The notes under the pieces were generated by a model, which saw only the letters and a list, made by a program, of their open reading frames with translations, was not told where the DNA came from and ran no database searches. DNA of 63,300 nt, the filler included, from Chiloscyllium plagiosum (Eukaryota), in assembly GCF_004010195.1 (NCBI RefSeq). It is 3 parts of one record of this genome, joined end to end, with 100 filler letters (N's around TTAATTAATTAA, not from the genome) between each part and the next. Parts side by side here need not be neighbours in the genome. Positions count along the whole stretch, not along the records: positions 1 to 28,928 come from NC_057716.1; positions 29,029 to 58,909 come from NC_057716.1; 1 more part is not named here. One strand, 5' to 3'. This document shows positions 24,301 to 36,275 of this stretch, one piece after another; the stretch's first letter is position 1, and each line of letters opens with the position of its first letter. The translations under genes and the position numbers were made by a program.

Positions 24301-25600
24301 TATCCCTCCAAACCCTTCCTATTCATATATCCAACATGACACACTCTGTGAGATTTCTTCCTTATCGGAGTCCTTATCAAGTAGTTCACCTCAATCAATT
24401 TCTTCTCAATTTATAAGGTCCACTAAACCTTGCTTTTAAAGGCTCACCTGTTACTGGGAGTAACACCAATACCTTATCCCCAATTGCAAAATTGTGAATT
24501 TGTGGTTTCTTATCTGCTGCTTGTTTCATTGTATGCTGGGATACTTTTAAATGCTGTCTAGCCGACTCTCCAGCTCTATTTAATCATTCTCTAAAACTTG
24601 ACACATCGTCCAAATGGGTGGTCTCTGAATTCTGATTTATTAATTTCTCCTTCATCAATTTTAACAGCCCTCTTGCATCATGCCCAAAGATTAGTTCAAA
24701 TGGACTGAATTTGGTCAATTCATTCACTGCATCTCTGATCACAAAAAGTACGAATAGAATTCCTTTACCCTAATCATCTGGATAATCCTGACCACAAGCC
24801 CTCAATATGGTCTTCAGTGTTTGATGCCGTATCTCTAGCACTCCCTGCAATTCGGGATGGTACACAGCAGATTTGAATTGTTTTATTCCCAAGTTATCCA
24901 TAACCTCCTTGAATAGTTTGGATGTGAGGTTTGATCCTTGACCTGACTGGATCTCTATTGGCAGGCCATATCTCGTAAAACATTTAAGTAATTCTACTAC
25001 AACCCTTTTTATCCTGTGATATTGCGCAATGGGATTGCCTCTGGAAATCTAGTCGACACATCTATTATTTTGTTAATAAATACTTATTCCCACTTTTTGT
25101 TTGAGGTAAGGGACCTACGCAATCAATCAAACTCTTGTGAAAAATTCCTCAAATGCTGGATTAGGTATGAAAGGTGCAGGTTTTATTACTGACTGTGGTT
25201 TTCTGATTAGCTGACATGTATGAGATGTCTGGCAAAGTTCAACTACATCTTTATGTAGTCCAAACCAGTAAAAATGTCTTAGTATTTTAGCCTGTGTTTT
25301 CCTCACCCCTAAATGACCCCCAGTTGGTAGCTCATGCACCACTTGCAGCACCTCCTTTCGAGATCCCACTGGCAAAACAATTTGATAAATCTCTGCCCAT
25401 TTTTCATCTGCTTGAATGTGTGATGGTCTCCACTTCTTCATTAAGACATAATTTGTTAAGTAATAATACACAGGAATGCATTCACTTTCTTTCTCAGTAA
25501 ATGCCTTTTGATAAACTATTTTAACTCCTCATCTTTCTGCTGTAATTCAATCAGCTTAGCAGAGCTAAACATACTTGCATATTTACCTACTTGCTCCTTC
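21375..25600 (-). mobile_element. Gmr1-like Ty3/Gypsy LTR retrotransposon 2 (3' half: integrase, RT, RNase H, PPT, 3' LTR)
   Basis: Minus-strand order: integrase zinc-binding region (GGHLGVRKT, about 25127-25471), integrase core, RT (YIDD near 23470), RNase H (22695-23180). PPT AAGGGGGTAGG precedes an LTR starting TGTCAC at 22198; the left LTR end is approximate. Contains nested HE1 and CR1 insertions. Confidence 0.85.
22303..22619 (+). mobile_element. HE1-like V-SINE nested in Gmr1-like element 2
   Basis: Full head, V-domain and (CTAAT)n tail. Confidence 0.85.
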
Positions 25601-25606
25601 TCCATA

Positions 25607-27062
25607 AGACCATAAGAAATAGGGGTAGATGTAAGGTCATTCAGCCCATCGAGTCATGGCTGATGGGCATTTCAATGCCACTAACCCGTACTCTCCCTGT
25701 ATCCCTTAATTCCTTGCGAGATTAAGAATTTATCAATCTCTGCCTTGAAGACATTTAGCGTCCCAGCCTCCACTGCACTCCGTGGCAATGAATTCCACAG
25801 GCCCACCACTCTCTGGCTGAAGAAATGTCTCATTTCCTTTCGAAACTGACCCCCTCTAATTCTAAGGCTGTGCCCACGGGTCCTAGTCTCCCCATCTGAC
25901 GGAAACAATTCCCCAGCCTCCACCCTTTCTAAGCCATGCATTATCCTGTAAGTTTCTATTAGGTCTCCCCTTAACCTTCTAAACGCTAATGAATACAATC
26001 CCAGGATCCTCAGCCGTTCATCACATGTTAGGCCTTCCATTCCAGGGACCATCCGTGTGAATCTCCGCTGGACACGCTCCAGTGCCAGTATGTCCTTCCT
26101 GAGGTGTGGGGCCCAAAACTGGACACACTATTCTAAATGAGGCCTAACTAGAGCTTTATAAAGTCTCAGAAGCACATCGCAGCTTTTATGTTCCAACCCT
26201 CTTGAGATAAATGACAACATTATACTTGTTTTCTTAACCATGGACTCAACCTGCAAGACAACCTTTAGAGAATCCTGCACTAGCACTCCCAGATCCCAGG
26301 TCCCTTTGCACTTTGGCTTTATGAATTTTCTCACCATTTATAAAATAGTCCATGCTTGTGTTCTTTTTTCCAAAGTGCAAGATCTCGCATTTGCTCATAA
26401 GAACAAAGACAAAGAAAATTTATAGCCCAGGGCCAGGCCCTTCGGCCCTCCAAGCCTGAGCCGATCTAAATCTACTGTCTAAACCTGTCGCCCAATTCTT
26501 AAGTATCTATATCCCTCTGCTCCCCACCTACTCATGTGTCTGTCCAGATGCATCTTAAATGAATCTACCGTGCCTGCCTCTACCACCTCTGCTGGCAACG
26601 CGTTCCAAACGCCCACCACCCTCTGTGTGAAGTACTTACTGCATGTATCCCCCTTAAATTTCCCACCTCTCACCTTGAAAGCGTGACCTCTCGTTATTGA
26701 ATCCTTCACCCTGCGAAAAACCATGTCTCTATCTCTTCGTAGTTCATGGAATGCCCTGCCAGTAGCAGTGGTGGACTCTCCCTCATTATGGGCATTTAAG
26801 CAGGCATTGGATAGGCATATGGAGGATAGTGGGCTAGTGTAGGTTAGGTGGGCTTGGATCGGCGCAACATCGAGGGCCGAAGGGCCTGTACTGCGCTGTA
26901 TTCTTCTATGTTCTATGTTCTATGTTCTATCCACCCTGTCTATACCCTTCATGATTTTGCAAACCTCAATCAGGTCCTCCCTCAATCTCCTTTTTTCTCG
27001 TGAAAATAAACCTAACCTTCTCAACTTCTCTTCATAGCTTCCATACCAGGCAACATCCTCGT
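25607..27062 (-). mobile_element. Cluster of nested CR1 LINE 3' fragments
   Basis: Two minus-strand CR1 ends plus a plus-strand 3' end with (TATGTTC)n tail at about 26736-26928. Confidence 0.8.
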
Positions 27063-28928
27063 AGTTTGGCGCACCGACCTTTACACTGCTGAGGCTAAAC
27101 GCCAGCTCGCGGACACCTCCTCCTACTGCCCCCTTGACCATGACCCCACCTCCCACCACCAAACCATCATCTCCCAGACCATCCATAACCTCATCACCTC
27201 AGGGGATCTCCCACCCACCGCCTCCAACCTCATAGTCCCACAACCCCGCACCGCCCGTTTCTACCTCCTGCCCAAAATCCACAAACCTGACTGCCCTGGC
27301 TGACCCATTGTCTCAGCCTGCTCCTGCCCCACCAAACTCATCTCTGCATACCTCGACACGGTCCTGTCCCCATTAGTCCAAGAACTCCCCACCTACATTC
27401 GTGACACCACCCACGCCCTCCACCTCCTCCAGGACTTCCGCTTCCCCGGTCCCCAACGCCTCAGCTTCACCATGGACATCCAGTCCCTGTACACCTCCAT
27501 CCCCCATCACGAAGGACTCAAAGCACTCCGCTCCTTCCTTTCCCGCCGTACCACCCAGTACCCTTCCACCGACACCCTCCTTCGACTGACCGAACTGGTC
27601 CTCACCCTGAACAACTTTTCTTCCCAATCCTCCCACTTTCTCCAAACAAAAGGAGTAGCCATGGGCACCCGCATGGGCCCCAGCTATGCCTGCCTCTTCG
27701 TAGGGTATGTGGAACAATCCATCTTCCACAACTACACTGGCCCCACCCCCCATCTTTTCCTTCGCTACATAGATGACTGTATCGGCGCTACCTCGTGCTC
27801 CCACGAGGAGGTTGAACAGCTCATCCACTACACTAACACCTTCCACCCAGACCTCAAATTCACCTGGACAGTCTCGGACTCCTCCCTCCCCTTCCTAGAC
27901 CTTTCCGTTTCTACCTCAGGCGACCGAATCAACACGGACATCTACTACAAACCAACCGACTCCCACAGCTACCTAGACTACACCTCCTCCCATCCTGCCC
28001 CCTGTAAAAACGCCATCCCATTCTCCCAATTCCTTCGTCTCCGCCGCATCTGCTCCCAGGAGGACCAGTTCAAAATACGTACAACACAGATGGCCTCCTT
28101 CTTCAAGGACCGCAATTTCCCCCCCGACGTGGTCGACGGTGCCCTCCACCGCATCGGCTCCACTTCCCGCTCCTCCGCCCCTGAGCCCCGCCCCTCCAAC
28201 CGCCACCAGGACAGAACCCCACTGGTCCTCACCTACCACCCCACCAATCTCCATGTACAGCGCATCACCCGCCGTCACTTCCGCCACCTCCAAACAGACC
28301 CCAGCACCAAGGATATATTTCCCTCCCCACCCCTATCAGCTTTCCGTAGAGACCACTCCCTCCGCGACTCCCTTGTCAGATCCACACCCCCCACCGACCC
28401 AACCACCACTCCCGGCACCTTCCCTTGCAACCGCAGGAGGTGCAACACTTGCGCCCACACCTCCCCCCTCACTTCTCTCCAAGGCCCCAAAGGAAAATTC
28501 CATATCCGCCACAGATTCACCTGCACCTCCACCCACATCATCTACTGCATCCGCTGCAGCCGGTGTGGCCTCCTCTATATTGGGGAGACAGGCCGCCTAC
28601 TTGCGGAGCGATTCAGAGAGCACCTCTGGGCCACCCGGACGAACCAACCCAACCAACCTGTGGCACAGCATTTCAACTCCCCCTCCCACTCCACCGAGGA
28701 TATGCAGGTCATTGGACTCATCCACCGCCAAACCACAACAACCCGACGGTCGGAGGAGGAACGTCTTATCTTCCGACTGGGAACCCTCCAACCACAGGGG
28801 ATGAACTTGAACTTCACCAGTTTCTTCATCCCCCCTCCCCCCAACTTGTCTCAGCCGAATCCCTCCAGCCCGGCAACGCCTTCCTGACCTGCAGTCTTCT
28901 TCTTGACCTCCCCGCCTCCACCCTACTC
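27063..28928 (+). mobile_element. Penelope-like retroelement, Neptune-type (RT + Cys linker + GIY-YIG endonuclease), 5'-truncated, 3' end runs into gap
   Basis: ORF 27472-28887 has MDIQSLYTSIP, QTKGVAMGTRMGP, RYIDD, PCNRRRCNTC and IYCIRC..C.LLYIGETGR..RFREH. The frame extends upstream with one TGA at 27301. Confidence 0.93.
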
Positions 28929-29028
28929 NNNNNNNNNNNNNNNNNNNNNNNNNNNNNNNNNNNNNNNNNNNNTTAATTAATTAANNNNNNNNNNNNNNNN
29001 NNNNNNNNNNNNNNNNNNNNNNNNNNNN
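28929..29028. other. Artificial 100-nt scaffold spacer N44-TTAATTAATTAA-N44
   Basis: An identical construct occurs at 58910-59009; the 12-mer has stops in all six frames. Confidence 0.9.
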
Positions 29029-29433
29029 TGCCTGTGGGAGTGGTAGAGTCAGCATCTTTGGTGACCTTTAAGCGGCAATTGGATAGGTACATGGATGGGT
29101 GCTTAAGCTAGGACAAATGTTCGGCACAACATCGTGGGCCGAAGGGCCTGTTCTGTGCTGTATTGTTCTATGTTCTATTGTCAGATAGATGCCAGTGTTG
29201 TAACTGTACTGGCACAGCTTGGCTAAGGGAGCAGCGAGTTCTGGAGCGCAAGTCTTCAGTACTGTTGCCGAAATGTTGTCGGGGGCCTTTGCAATATACA
29301 GTAACCCCAACCGTATCTTGACATCACATGGAGTGAATCAAACTGTCTGAAGACTGGTATCTGTGATGCTGGGGACCTCTGGAGGAGGCTATGATGGATT
29401 ATCCACTCAGCACTGCCTGCTAAAGTCAAGCTT

Positions 29434-29660
29434 AAAGTGGTGCTGGAAAAGCACAGCAGGTCGGGCAGCATCCGAGGAGCAGGGAAATCGACATTTCTGG
29501 CAAAAGCCCTTCATCAGGAATGAACTATCAGGTTCCTGATGAAGGGCTTCTGTCGAAACGTCAACTCTCCTGCTCCTCGGATGCTGCCTGACCTGCTGTG
29601 CTTTTCCAGCACCACTCCAGGCTTGACACTAATCTCCAGCGTCTGCAGTACCCACTTCCT
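29434..29660. mobile_element. Palindromic family A element, two opposed hammerhead-like cores
   Basis: CCCTTCATCAGG ... CCTGATGAAGGG inverted arms. Confidence 0.72.
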
Positions 29661-30439
29661 GCTAAAGTCACCTCTCTGCCAGCATCCATCTGGTCTTCTC
29701 CACTGTTCGGTTATCAGGCTGCCCATCCACTCATCCAGCGCTGGACGAACAATAACCATCTCTAACTGAATGTTGTGCCTGCTCTACACTGATCACTATC
29801 CATTGACTCCAACATCCCCCAGGAACAGTCCTGGATTTGTTCAGTCTGTTCTTGACTTTGGTGTCACTTTGTTTCCACTGTGGCCCTGCCGGGCAGGTTT
29901 GGAACTGCTTCATCCTTCTAGTGATTAGCTTGAGGCAATCTGGGGAGGGTTCATTCGGTCCATTCCGGGTATGGAGGGACTGTCTTCTAAGGAAAGGTTA
30001 ATGGAATGCGGAAGACTGACAGGAGACCTTACTGAAACATACAAGAGTCTAAGGAGAGTTGACAGGATAGAAATGGACAAGTTGTTTGCCCCCCCCGTAG
30101 GAAAGTATAGGACCAGAGGACAGCATCTCAGAATAAGGGATTGTACTGTGAGGACAGTGATGAGGAATTATTTTTCTGTCAGAAGGTAGTTAATCTGTGA
30201 AATTTATTTTATTGCAGCGGGTTCTCGAGGCTGGGTCATTGAGTAAGCCGAGATAGACATTTCTACTCAGTAAGGAAATTGAGGATTGTGGGGAAAAGGC
30301 AGGAAAGTGGAGTTGAGGATTACCCGATCACTCATTGAATGGCAGAGCAGACTCGATGGGCAGAGTGGCCTATTTCTACACCTGGGTCTTATCAATATAA
30401 ACTGGTATTGAATTTGTTTGAATATCTTTCTGTTGCCAG

Positions 30440-30565
30440 GTGAAAGTCAGGTCGAAGAAAACGCAGGTGGGTTACCTACAAGTCGGAGTGGAGTGCTATG
30501 GTGGCGGAATCTGGAATACTTGGTTTGACCGGGACCTCACCATAGCCGGCAGGGTTGTGCTAAAG
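30440..30565 (+). CDS. DNPEP: DNPEP exon ([42 protein letters not shown])
   Basis: M18 aminopeptidase motif YGGGIWxTWFDRDL; ag/gt boundaries; 126 bp. Confidence 0.95.
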
Positions 30566-31060
30566 GTAGGTTGCTAGTCCGTAAACATCTCAAATTTGAA
30601 ATTCTCGCATTTGTTTCCTTAAGCAGCCATAACCTTGCACCCCTCCACCCCCACCTCATCTCTGTCACCTCCACTGGTCCTATGACCCTTCAGGATTCCT
30701 GAGTGCTTCAAGCTTTAGCCCCCTGTGCATTCCAATTTCCATCACTTGTGACTAGGCTGTCAGATGCTGAGGCCTGAACTCTGTACTTCCTTCTCCAACC
30801 TCCAAACCTCCTCTCCTTTCTGACTCTCTTTGAGACCTACCTCTCTGACTAAGGCTTTGGTCACCTGTCCTCCTGTATCCTTATGTTGTTAAGAGGAAAC
30901 CCACTTGTGAAGTGCCTCAGGGAATTTTGTGCTGTGCAATTGCAAGTTGTTGCTGCTGCAGTCTCTTCTGTGCACACAATTGCATGTCAGCTTGGTGTGG
31001 ATGATTTGACAGGCCAATTTTGAGTTGCTTTAGACCTCTCTGCCTCTCTTCTGCTTCTAG

Positions 31061-31185
31061 AATGGAGACAAAATGGAGCATCGCCTGATCAATGTGGCTG
31101 ACCCAGTCCTTCGTATTCCTCACCTGGCCATCCACCTGCAGAGAGAGATTAATGACAACTTTGGACCCAACAAGGAGAACCACCT
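31061..31185 (+). CDS. DNPEP: DNPEP exon ([42 protein letters not shown])
   Basis: [10 protein letters not shown] motif; polypyrimidine-ag acceptor and gtaag donor; phase 0 to 2. Confidence 0.95.
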
Positions 31186-31368
31186 GTAAGCAGCATGGTC
31201 AGCAGGCTTGGTAATGGCTGACACCTCCCCAGCCCCTGACATTTAGTCATCCAGTTATCATATCCTCCTATCCCTTACTTTCCTTTGAACAGTATCGACA
31301 CTCCTCATCTCAACTCGACATCATCCAGTATTGTGTTCCACATTCTCACCACTAATTGAGTAAATTAT

Positions 31369-32108
31369 GATGTGGAGGAGCTGGTGTTGGACTGGGGTGG
31401 ACAAAGTTAAAAATCTCACGACACCAGGCTATAGTCCAACAGGTTTATTTGGAAGCACTAGCTTTCGGAGCGCTGCTCCTTCATCAGGTAGCTGTGGAGC
31501 AGGACCATAAGGCATAGAATTTATAGCAAGAGATTGCAGTGTCATGCAACTGAAATGATATATTGAACAAACCTAGATTGTTGTTAAGTCTTTCATCTTT
31601 AGAATGGGATGCAAGTTTTGGTTCGTTAATATGTAAATCCCAGAACTTCTTTTAAGTCACATTCTCAAGATAACTTAAAGTTTTATAACAAAAGGTGACA
31701 TCTCAGCTCAGACAATGCATTAAAGGTATGAGGTTACAGTCTGTCTGTATACCAATCTTGAGTCAGAATGGTTCTATTTCCAAAGTGGAATTTACAAAAT
31801 ATTACCTGGATTAACTGCCTACAGATTGTGCATTTTTGAGCAAAATTGAATGTATCTGCAAATATAATTCTGCAATTACAAATTCACCCCATATACTTAT
31901 ATGTGTGTGCACCTGTATGAGAGAGCGTGAGTGCACATGTGTGCTGTTCATTATATCATTTTAGTTACATGACGCTGTGATCGTTTGCTATAAATTCTGT
32001 GTCTCATGGTCCTGCTCCACAACTACCTGATGAAGGAGCAGCGCTCCGATAGCTAGAGCTTCCAAGTAAACCTGTTGGACTATAACCTGGTGTTGTGAGA
32101 TTTTTAAC
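31369..32108. mobile_element. Family B inverted-repeat element with hammerhead core, 12-bp TSD
   Basis: Core CTGATGA-A-GGAGCAGCGCTCC-GAAAGCTA, intact on the minus strand near 31459-31488. TSD TGAGTAAATTAT at 31357-31368 and 32109-32120. Confidence 0.78.
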
Positions 32109-32289
32109 TGAGTAAATTATTGTACTTAGTGATCATCTATGTTTATATTTTTGAACTTTCATTTAAGCAGGACCACCTTCCCCACATCCACTGTATCAAG
32201 CCCTTTAATAACTTTAAAGACCTCTACTCTTTCACTTTTCTAGAGAGAGAGCTTCAGACTGTCCAACCTTTGCTTTTCTGATAGAGCTA

Positions 32290-32502
32290 GAGGCAAAAAA
32301 ACTGCAGATGCTAAAATCCAAAGTAGACAAGCAGGAGGCTGGAAGAACACAGCAAGCCAGGCAGCATCAGGAGGTGGCAAAGTCAATGTTTCAGGTATAA
32401 CCTTTCTACAGGACTGGAGAAGGGTTATAACTGAAACGTTGACTTCTCCATCTCCTGATGCTGCTAGGATTGCTGTGTTCTTCCAGCCTCCTGCTTATCT
32501 AC
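32290..32502. mobile_element. Palindromic PLE-terminus-like element, 15-bp TSD
   Basis: Inverted arms; TSD TTTCTGATAGAGCTA at 32275-32289 and 32503-32517. Confidence 0.72.
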
Positions 32503-32646
32503 TTTCTGATAGAGCTAACCAATCAGTTCAACTATAATTCTTGCAAATCTTTTTTGCACTTTCTCAAGTGCTGCGTATCGTTTTTATAGTGTGAAGACCA
32601 CAACGGTTCACCATCATCCAAATTTGGATGCGAGATCCACACAACT

Positions 32647-32868
32647 AGTGAGTTTTGAGGAGATTTGTAGCTCAGGTCGAGGTTCTGGATGTAGGTTTGT
32701 TCGCTGAGCTGGAAGGTTCATTTTCAGACATTTCATCACCATACTAGCTAACATCTTCAGTGAGTCTCTGGATGAAGCCTCGTTCAGGGGTCCACTGAAG
32801 AAGTTACCTAGTATGGTGATGAAATGTCTGAAAATGAACTTTCCAGCTCAGCGAGCAAACCTACATCC
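32647..32868. mobile_element. Family C palindromic element (Poseidon-type terminus), 14-bp TSD
   Basis: Arms match the terminus at 13338-13415; TSD AGATCCACACAACT at 32633-32646 and 32869-32882. Confidence 0.78.
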
Positions 32869-33506
32869 AGATCCACACAACTTTCTGCCCTTCAATTCTA
32901 TCCCTGTTAACGTGAACCTGAGTTTGTTGTTTTAGTGGGAATATTAATCTGCATCATTACTTGTGAGGATTTGTGTATCTGTAACCTTCCTGTAAGTCTC
33001 CCTGTTCCTCTTGTCTGGACACTTACTTTCCAAGGAGTATGTAGCCTCCTTGTTCCTCCTGTGAGCATTTAGCAGATATCTATATTGAACTTTGCCTGGC
33101 AATTTCACCCGAAGTCTGTAATAGGGTGGCCAGTCAGTCTCCAAGACACTGGTTGTATGCCACCCTGGAGAAAAATCACAGGGCATAGCAAAACCTAATC
33201 AATCTTTTAAAAAGTCTTTTTCAACATTTCCCTTTGCCAGATGTCAAAGTATTGAAAATGGGGGAAATAAAACGCCAGCTGACAGTGATAATATCCAGTT
33301 GGTTAATGAGCCTTTTTGCTTTCCAATTATATAGGGAGTAGCACATAAGTGTGGGTGTGTGACCAACTAATGGCTGGAGAATGGGGAAACGTTATGTGGC
33401 AAAACCTCCATTTAATCACAGTTGGTCATCAGCAGGTTTCTATGATTTAGAGTATTTCTGAAAACGCACTGGTCATATAGAGTATTTCTGAAATCATACA
33501 ATCACA

Positions 33507-33828
33507 GAACCCCTACAGTGTGGAAACAGGCCCTTCGGCCCAATAAGTCCACACCGACCCTCCGAAGAGTAACCCACCCAGACCCATTCCCCTACCCTAT
33601 ATTTGCCCCTAATGCACCTAGCCTACACACCACGGGCAATTTAGCATGGCCAATTCACCTGACCTGCACATCGTTGGATTGTGGGAGGAAACCGGAGCAC
33701 CCGGAGGAAACCCACGCAGACACGGGGAGAACGTGCAAACTCCACACAGACAGTCACCCGAGGCTGGAATCGAACCCGGGTCCCTGGCGCTGTGAGGCAG
33801 CAGTGCTAACCACTGAGATTCCGTGCCC
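33507..33828 (-). mobile_element. HE1-like V-SINE ending about 40 bp upstream of a DNPEP exon
   Basis: V-domain match; it explains the N-terminal part of track ORF 33518-34135. Confidence 0.85.
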
Positions 33829-33867
33829 CCAAATCAGCTGCATGTTAACTGTGTATTTCCTTCAAAG

Positions 33868-33952
33868 GGTTCCAATCATAGCTACAGCTGTAAAGGAGCA
33901 GCTAGAACTGGGAGCGAAATCTACTGGAAATGCCTGTGATGCCTCTCAAATG
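33868..33952 (+). CDS. DNPEP: DNPEP exon (VPIIATAVKEQLELGAKSTGNACDASQM)
   Basis: VPIxAT motif; phase 2 to 0; ATG|gtaagt donor. Confidence 0.9.
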
Positions 33953-36167
33953 GTAAGTGCTCCTACCCGTTATTGTTTCAAAAGTACCAAGTGGATCTGT
34001 GTAGTTCATATTGTGAAATGGATAGGTTTATTATTCAGTGGTGGAAGTCTACAACTGTCACGCTGTGTAGCACAGAATAAAGAAACAGTGCTTAGATATG
34101 ATTATTTATTGATGGGAAGTGGTTGCCCTGCCTGAGCCAGCATTTATTACCCGTCACTAATTGCCCCTAGAGAAGGTGGGGGTGAGCTGCCTTCTTGAAC
34201 CGCTGCAGTCCATCTGCTGTAGGTTGACCCACAATGCCCTTAGGGAGGGACTTCCAGGATTCTGACCCAGTGACACGAAAGGAACGGCGATATATTTGCA
34301 AGTCAGGATGGTAGGTGGCTTGGCGGGGAACCTGCAGGGGTGGGGTTCCCATGCTGTCCTTGTCCTTCTCGATGGAAATGGTTGTGAATTTGGAAGGTGC
34401 TGTCTGAGATGCCTCTGTGAAATTCTGCAGTGCATCTTGTTGATAATACCCATTACTGTTCTGAGCATCAGTGATGGAGGGGAGTGCTGGACGTTTAAAA
34501 ATAAGCTTTTTGGAGAGTACAACTGTGAGTCATAGAAACGTGCAGTTGTGAAAGTGGCCATTCAGCCCATCCAGTCCATGCTCATACTGTGCAGAATCCA
34601 GTTCCATTGCTTGCTGTAACTCTGTGTCCCTGTAAGTTTGATTCCTTCAAGTGCCCTTTTGAAATAATTCATCATCTCTCTGTCTGCCCTATGTTCCCTC
34701 TGCGTGGATCCCTGGGACCATCAGGGTCAGTGACTGCTGAAACCAGCATTGGTTGGACATGGGGTTGAGACACCAATTGGTGTATGTGACTTGTCCTGCT
34801 TGGAGGAAAGCCAATTGGATATGTGGACAGCCTACAGCACTATTATTTGTTGCTCATCCAAGGGATGGGGGCATCGCTGGCTAGGCCAGCATTTGTTGCC
34901 CACCCCACAGGGCAGTTAAGAGTCAGCCATATTGCTGTGGGTCTAGAGTCACGTATAGGCCTCTCCTGGGTAAGGATGGCAGTTTTCTTCCCTAACGGAC
35001 GTTCGTGAACCAGTTGGGTTTTTCCAACAATTGACAGTGGATTCCTGGTCATCATTAGACTCTTAATTCCCAATTTTTAAAATTGATTTCAAATTCCGGT
35101 ATCTGCCATGGCAGGATTCTAACCCAGTTCCCCAGGACATTACCTCACTCTCTGGAGTAACCGTCCAGCAGTAATACAGGCCGTCACCTCCCCTGTTCAA
35201 GAAGGCAGCTCACCACCACCTTCTCAAGGGGCATTAGGGCCCAGCAGTAAATACTGGCCAAGCCAGCAGCACCCACGCCCACTAGTGAATAAAACAAAAA
35301 TCATGAACAGGCTGGACACAGTGGGTAGTGTAAAATGTTCTCTGTTTGTAAAAGGAACGAGACAAGAGGGCATAGATTTTAAGTGATGTGCAATTGAAGC
35401 AATGGAGATGTGCGAAAAAGTTTTTTCACAAGTTGTAGTTACGGTCTGGAATGTACTGCCTGGAATTGTGATGCAGGCAGGATCAATTAAGGCATTCAAG
35501 AGGGACATTGGATGGTTATAGAGTCATAGAGATGGACAGCATGGAAACAGACCCTTCGTTCCAACCCATCCATGCCGACCAGATATCCCAACCCAATCTA
35601 GTCCCACCTGCCAGCACCCGGCCCATATCCCTCCAAACCCTTCCTATTTATATACCCATCCAAATGCCTCTTAAATGTTGCAATTGTACCAGCCTCCACC
35701 ACATCCTCTGGCAGCTCATTCCATACATGTNNNNNNNNNNNNNNNNNNNNNNNNNNNNNNNNNNNNNNNNNNNNNNNNNNNNNNNNNNNNNNNNNNNNNN
35801 NNNNNNNNNNNNNNNNNNNNNNNNNNNNNNNNNNNNNNNNNNNNNNNNNNNNNNNNNNNNNNNNNNNCTCAATACTCTGACCAATAAAGGAAAGCATACC
35901 AAACGCCTTCTTCACTATCCTATCTACCTACGACTCCACTTTCAAGGAGCTATGAACCTGCACTCCAAGGTCTCTTTGTTCAGCAACACTCCCTAGGACC
36001 TTACCATTAATAATCGGGATAAAAACAATGTGCAAGGATCTGGGGAATAGTTAAAAAGTTGGTTCTGGATAAAGGAGCCAGTACAGGCACGATGGGCCGA
36101 GCAGCCTTCTCCTGCACTGTAATTATTGTGTGACACAGTGTTTTTGTTGATTTGCTTTCATCCACAG

Positions 36168-36275
36168 TCCGAGAAGCACCACTCTGTCCTGCTGAACCTG
36201 CTCTGTGCTCAACTGGGAGTCAATGTGGACAAAATCATTGACTTTGAGCTATGTCTGGCCGATACTCAGCCTGGG
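36168..36275 (+). CDS. DNPEP: DNPEP exon ([36 protein letters not shown])
   Basis: HHSVL and ELCLADTQP motifs; cag and gtaagt boundaries. Confidence 0.95.

Noticed and set aside
27373..28976. Many overlapping alternative-frame and antisense ORFs
   Set aside because: They are shadows of the C-rich Penelope-like ORF.
28973..28984. TTAATTAATTAA palindrome as a biological motif
   Set aside because: It is centred in exactly 100-nt N spacers twice, so it is an assembly linker.
33518..34135. 205-aa ORF as a novel gene or SINE-DNPEP fusion
   Set aside because: It is an antisense HE1 SINE that happens to be in frame with an 85-bp DNPEP exon having its own splice sites.
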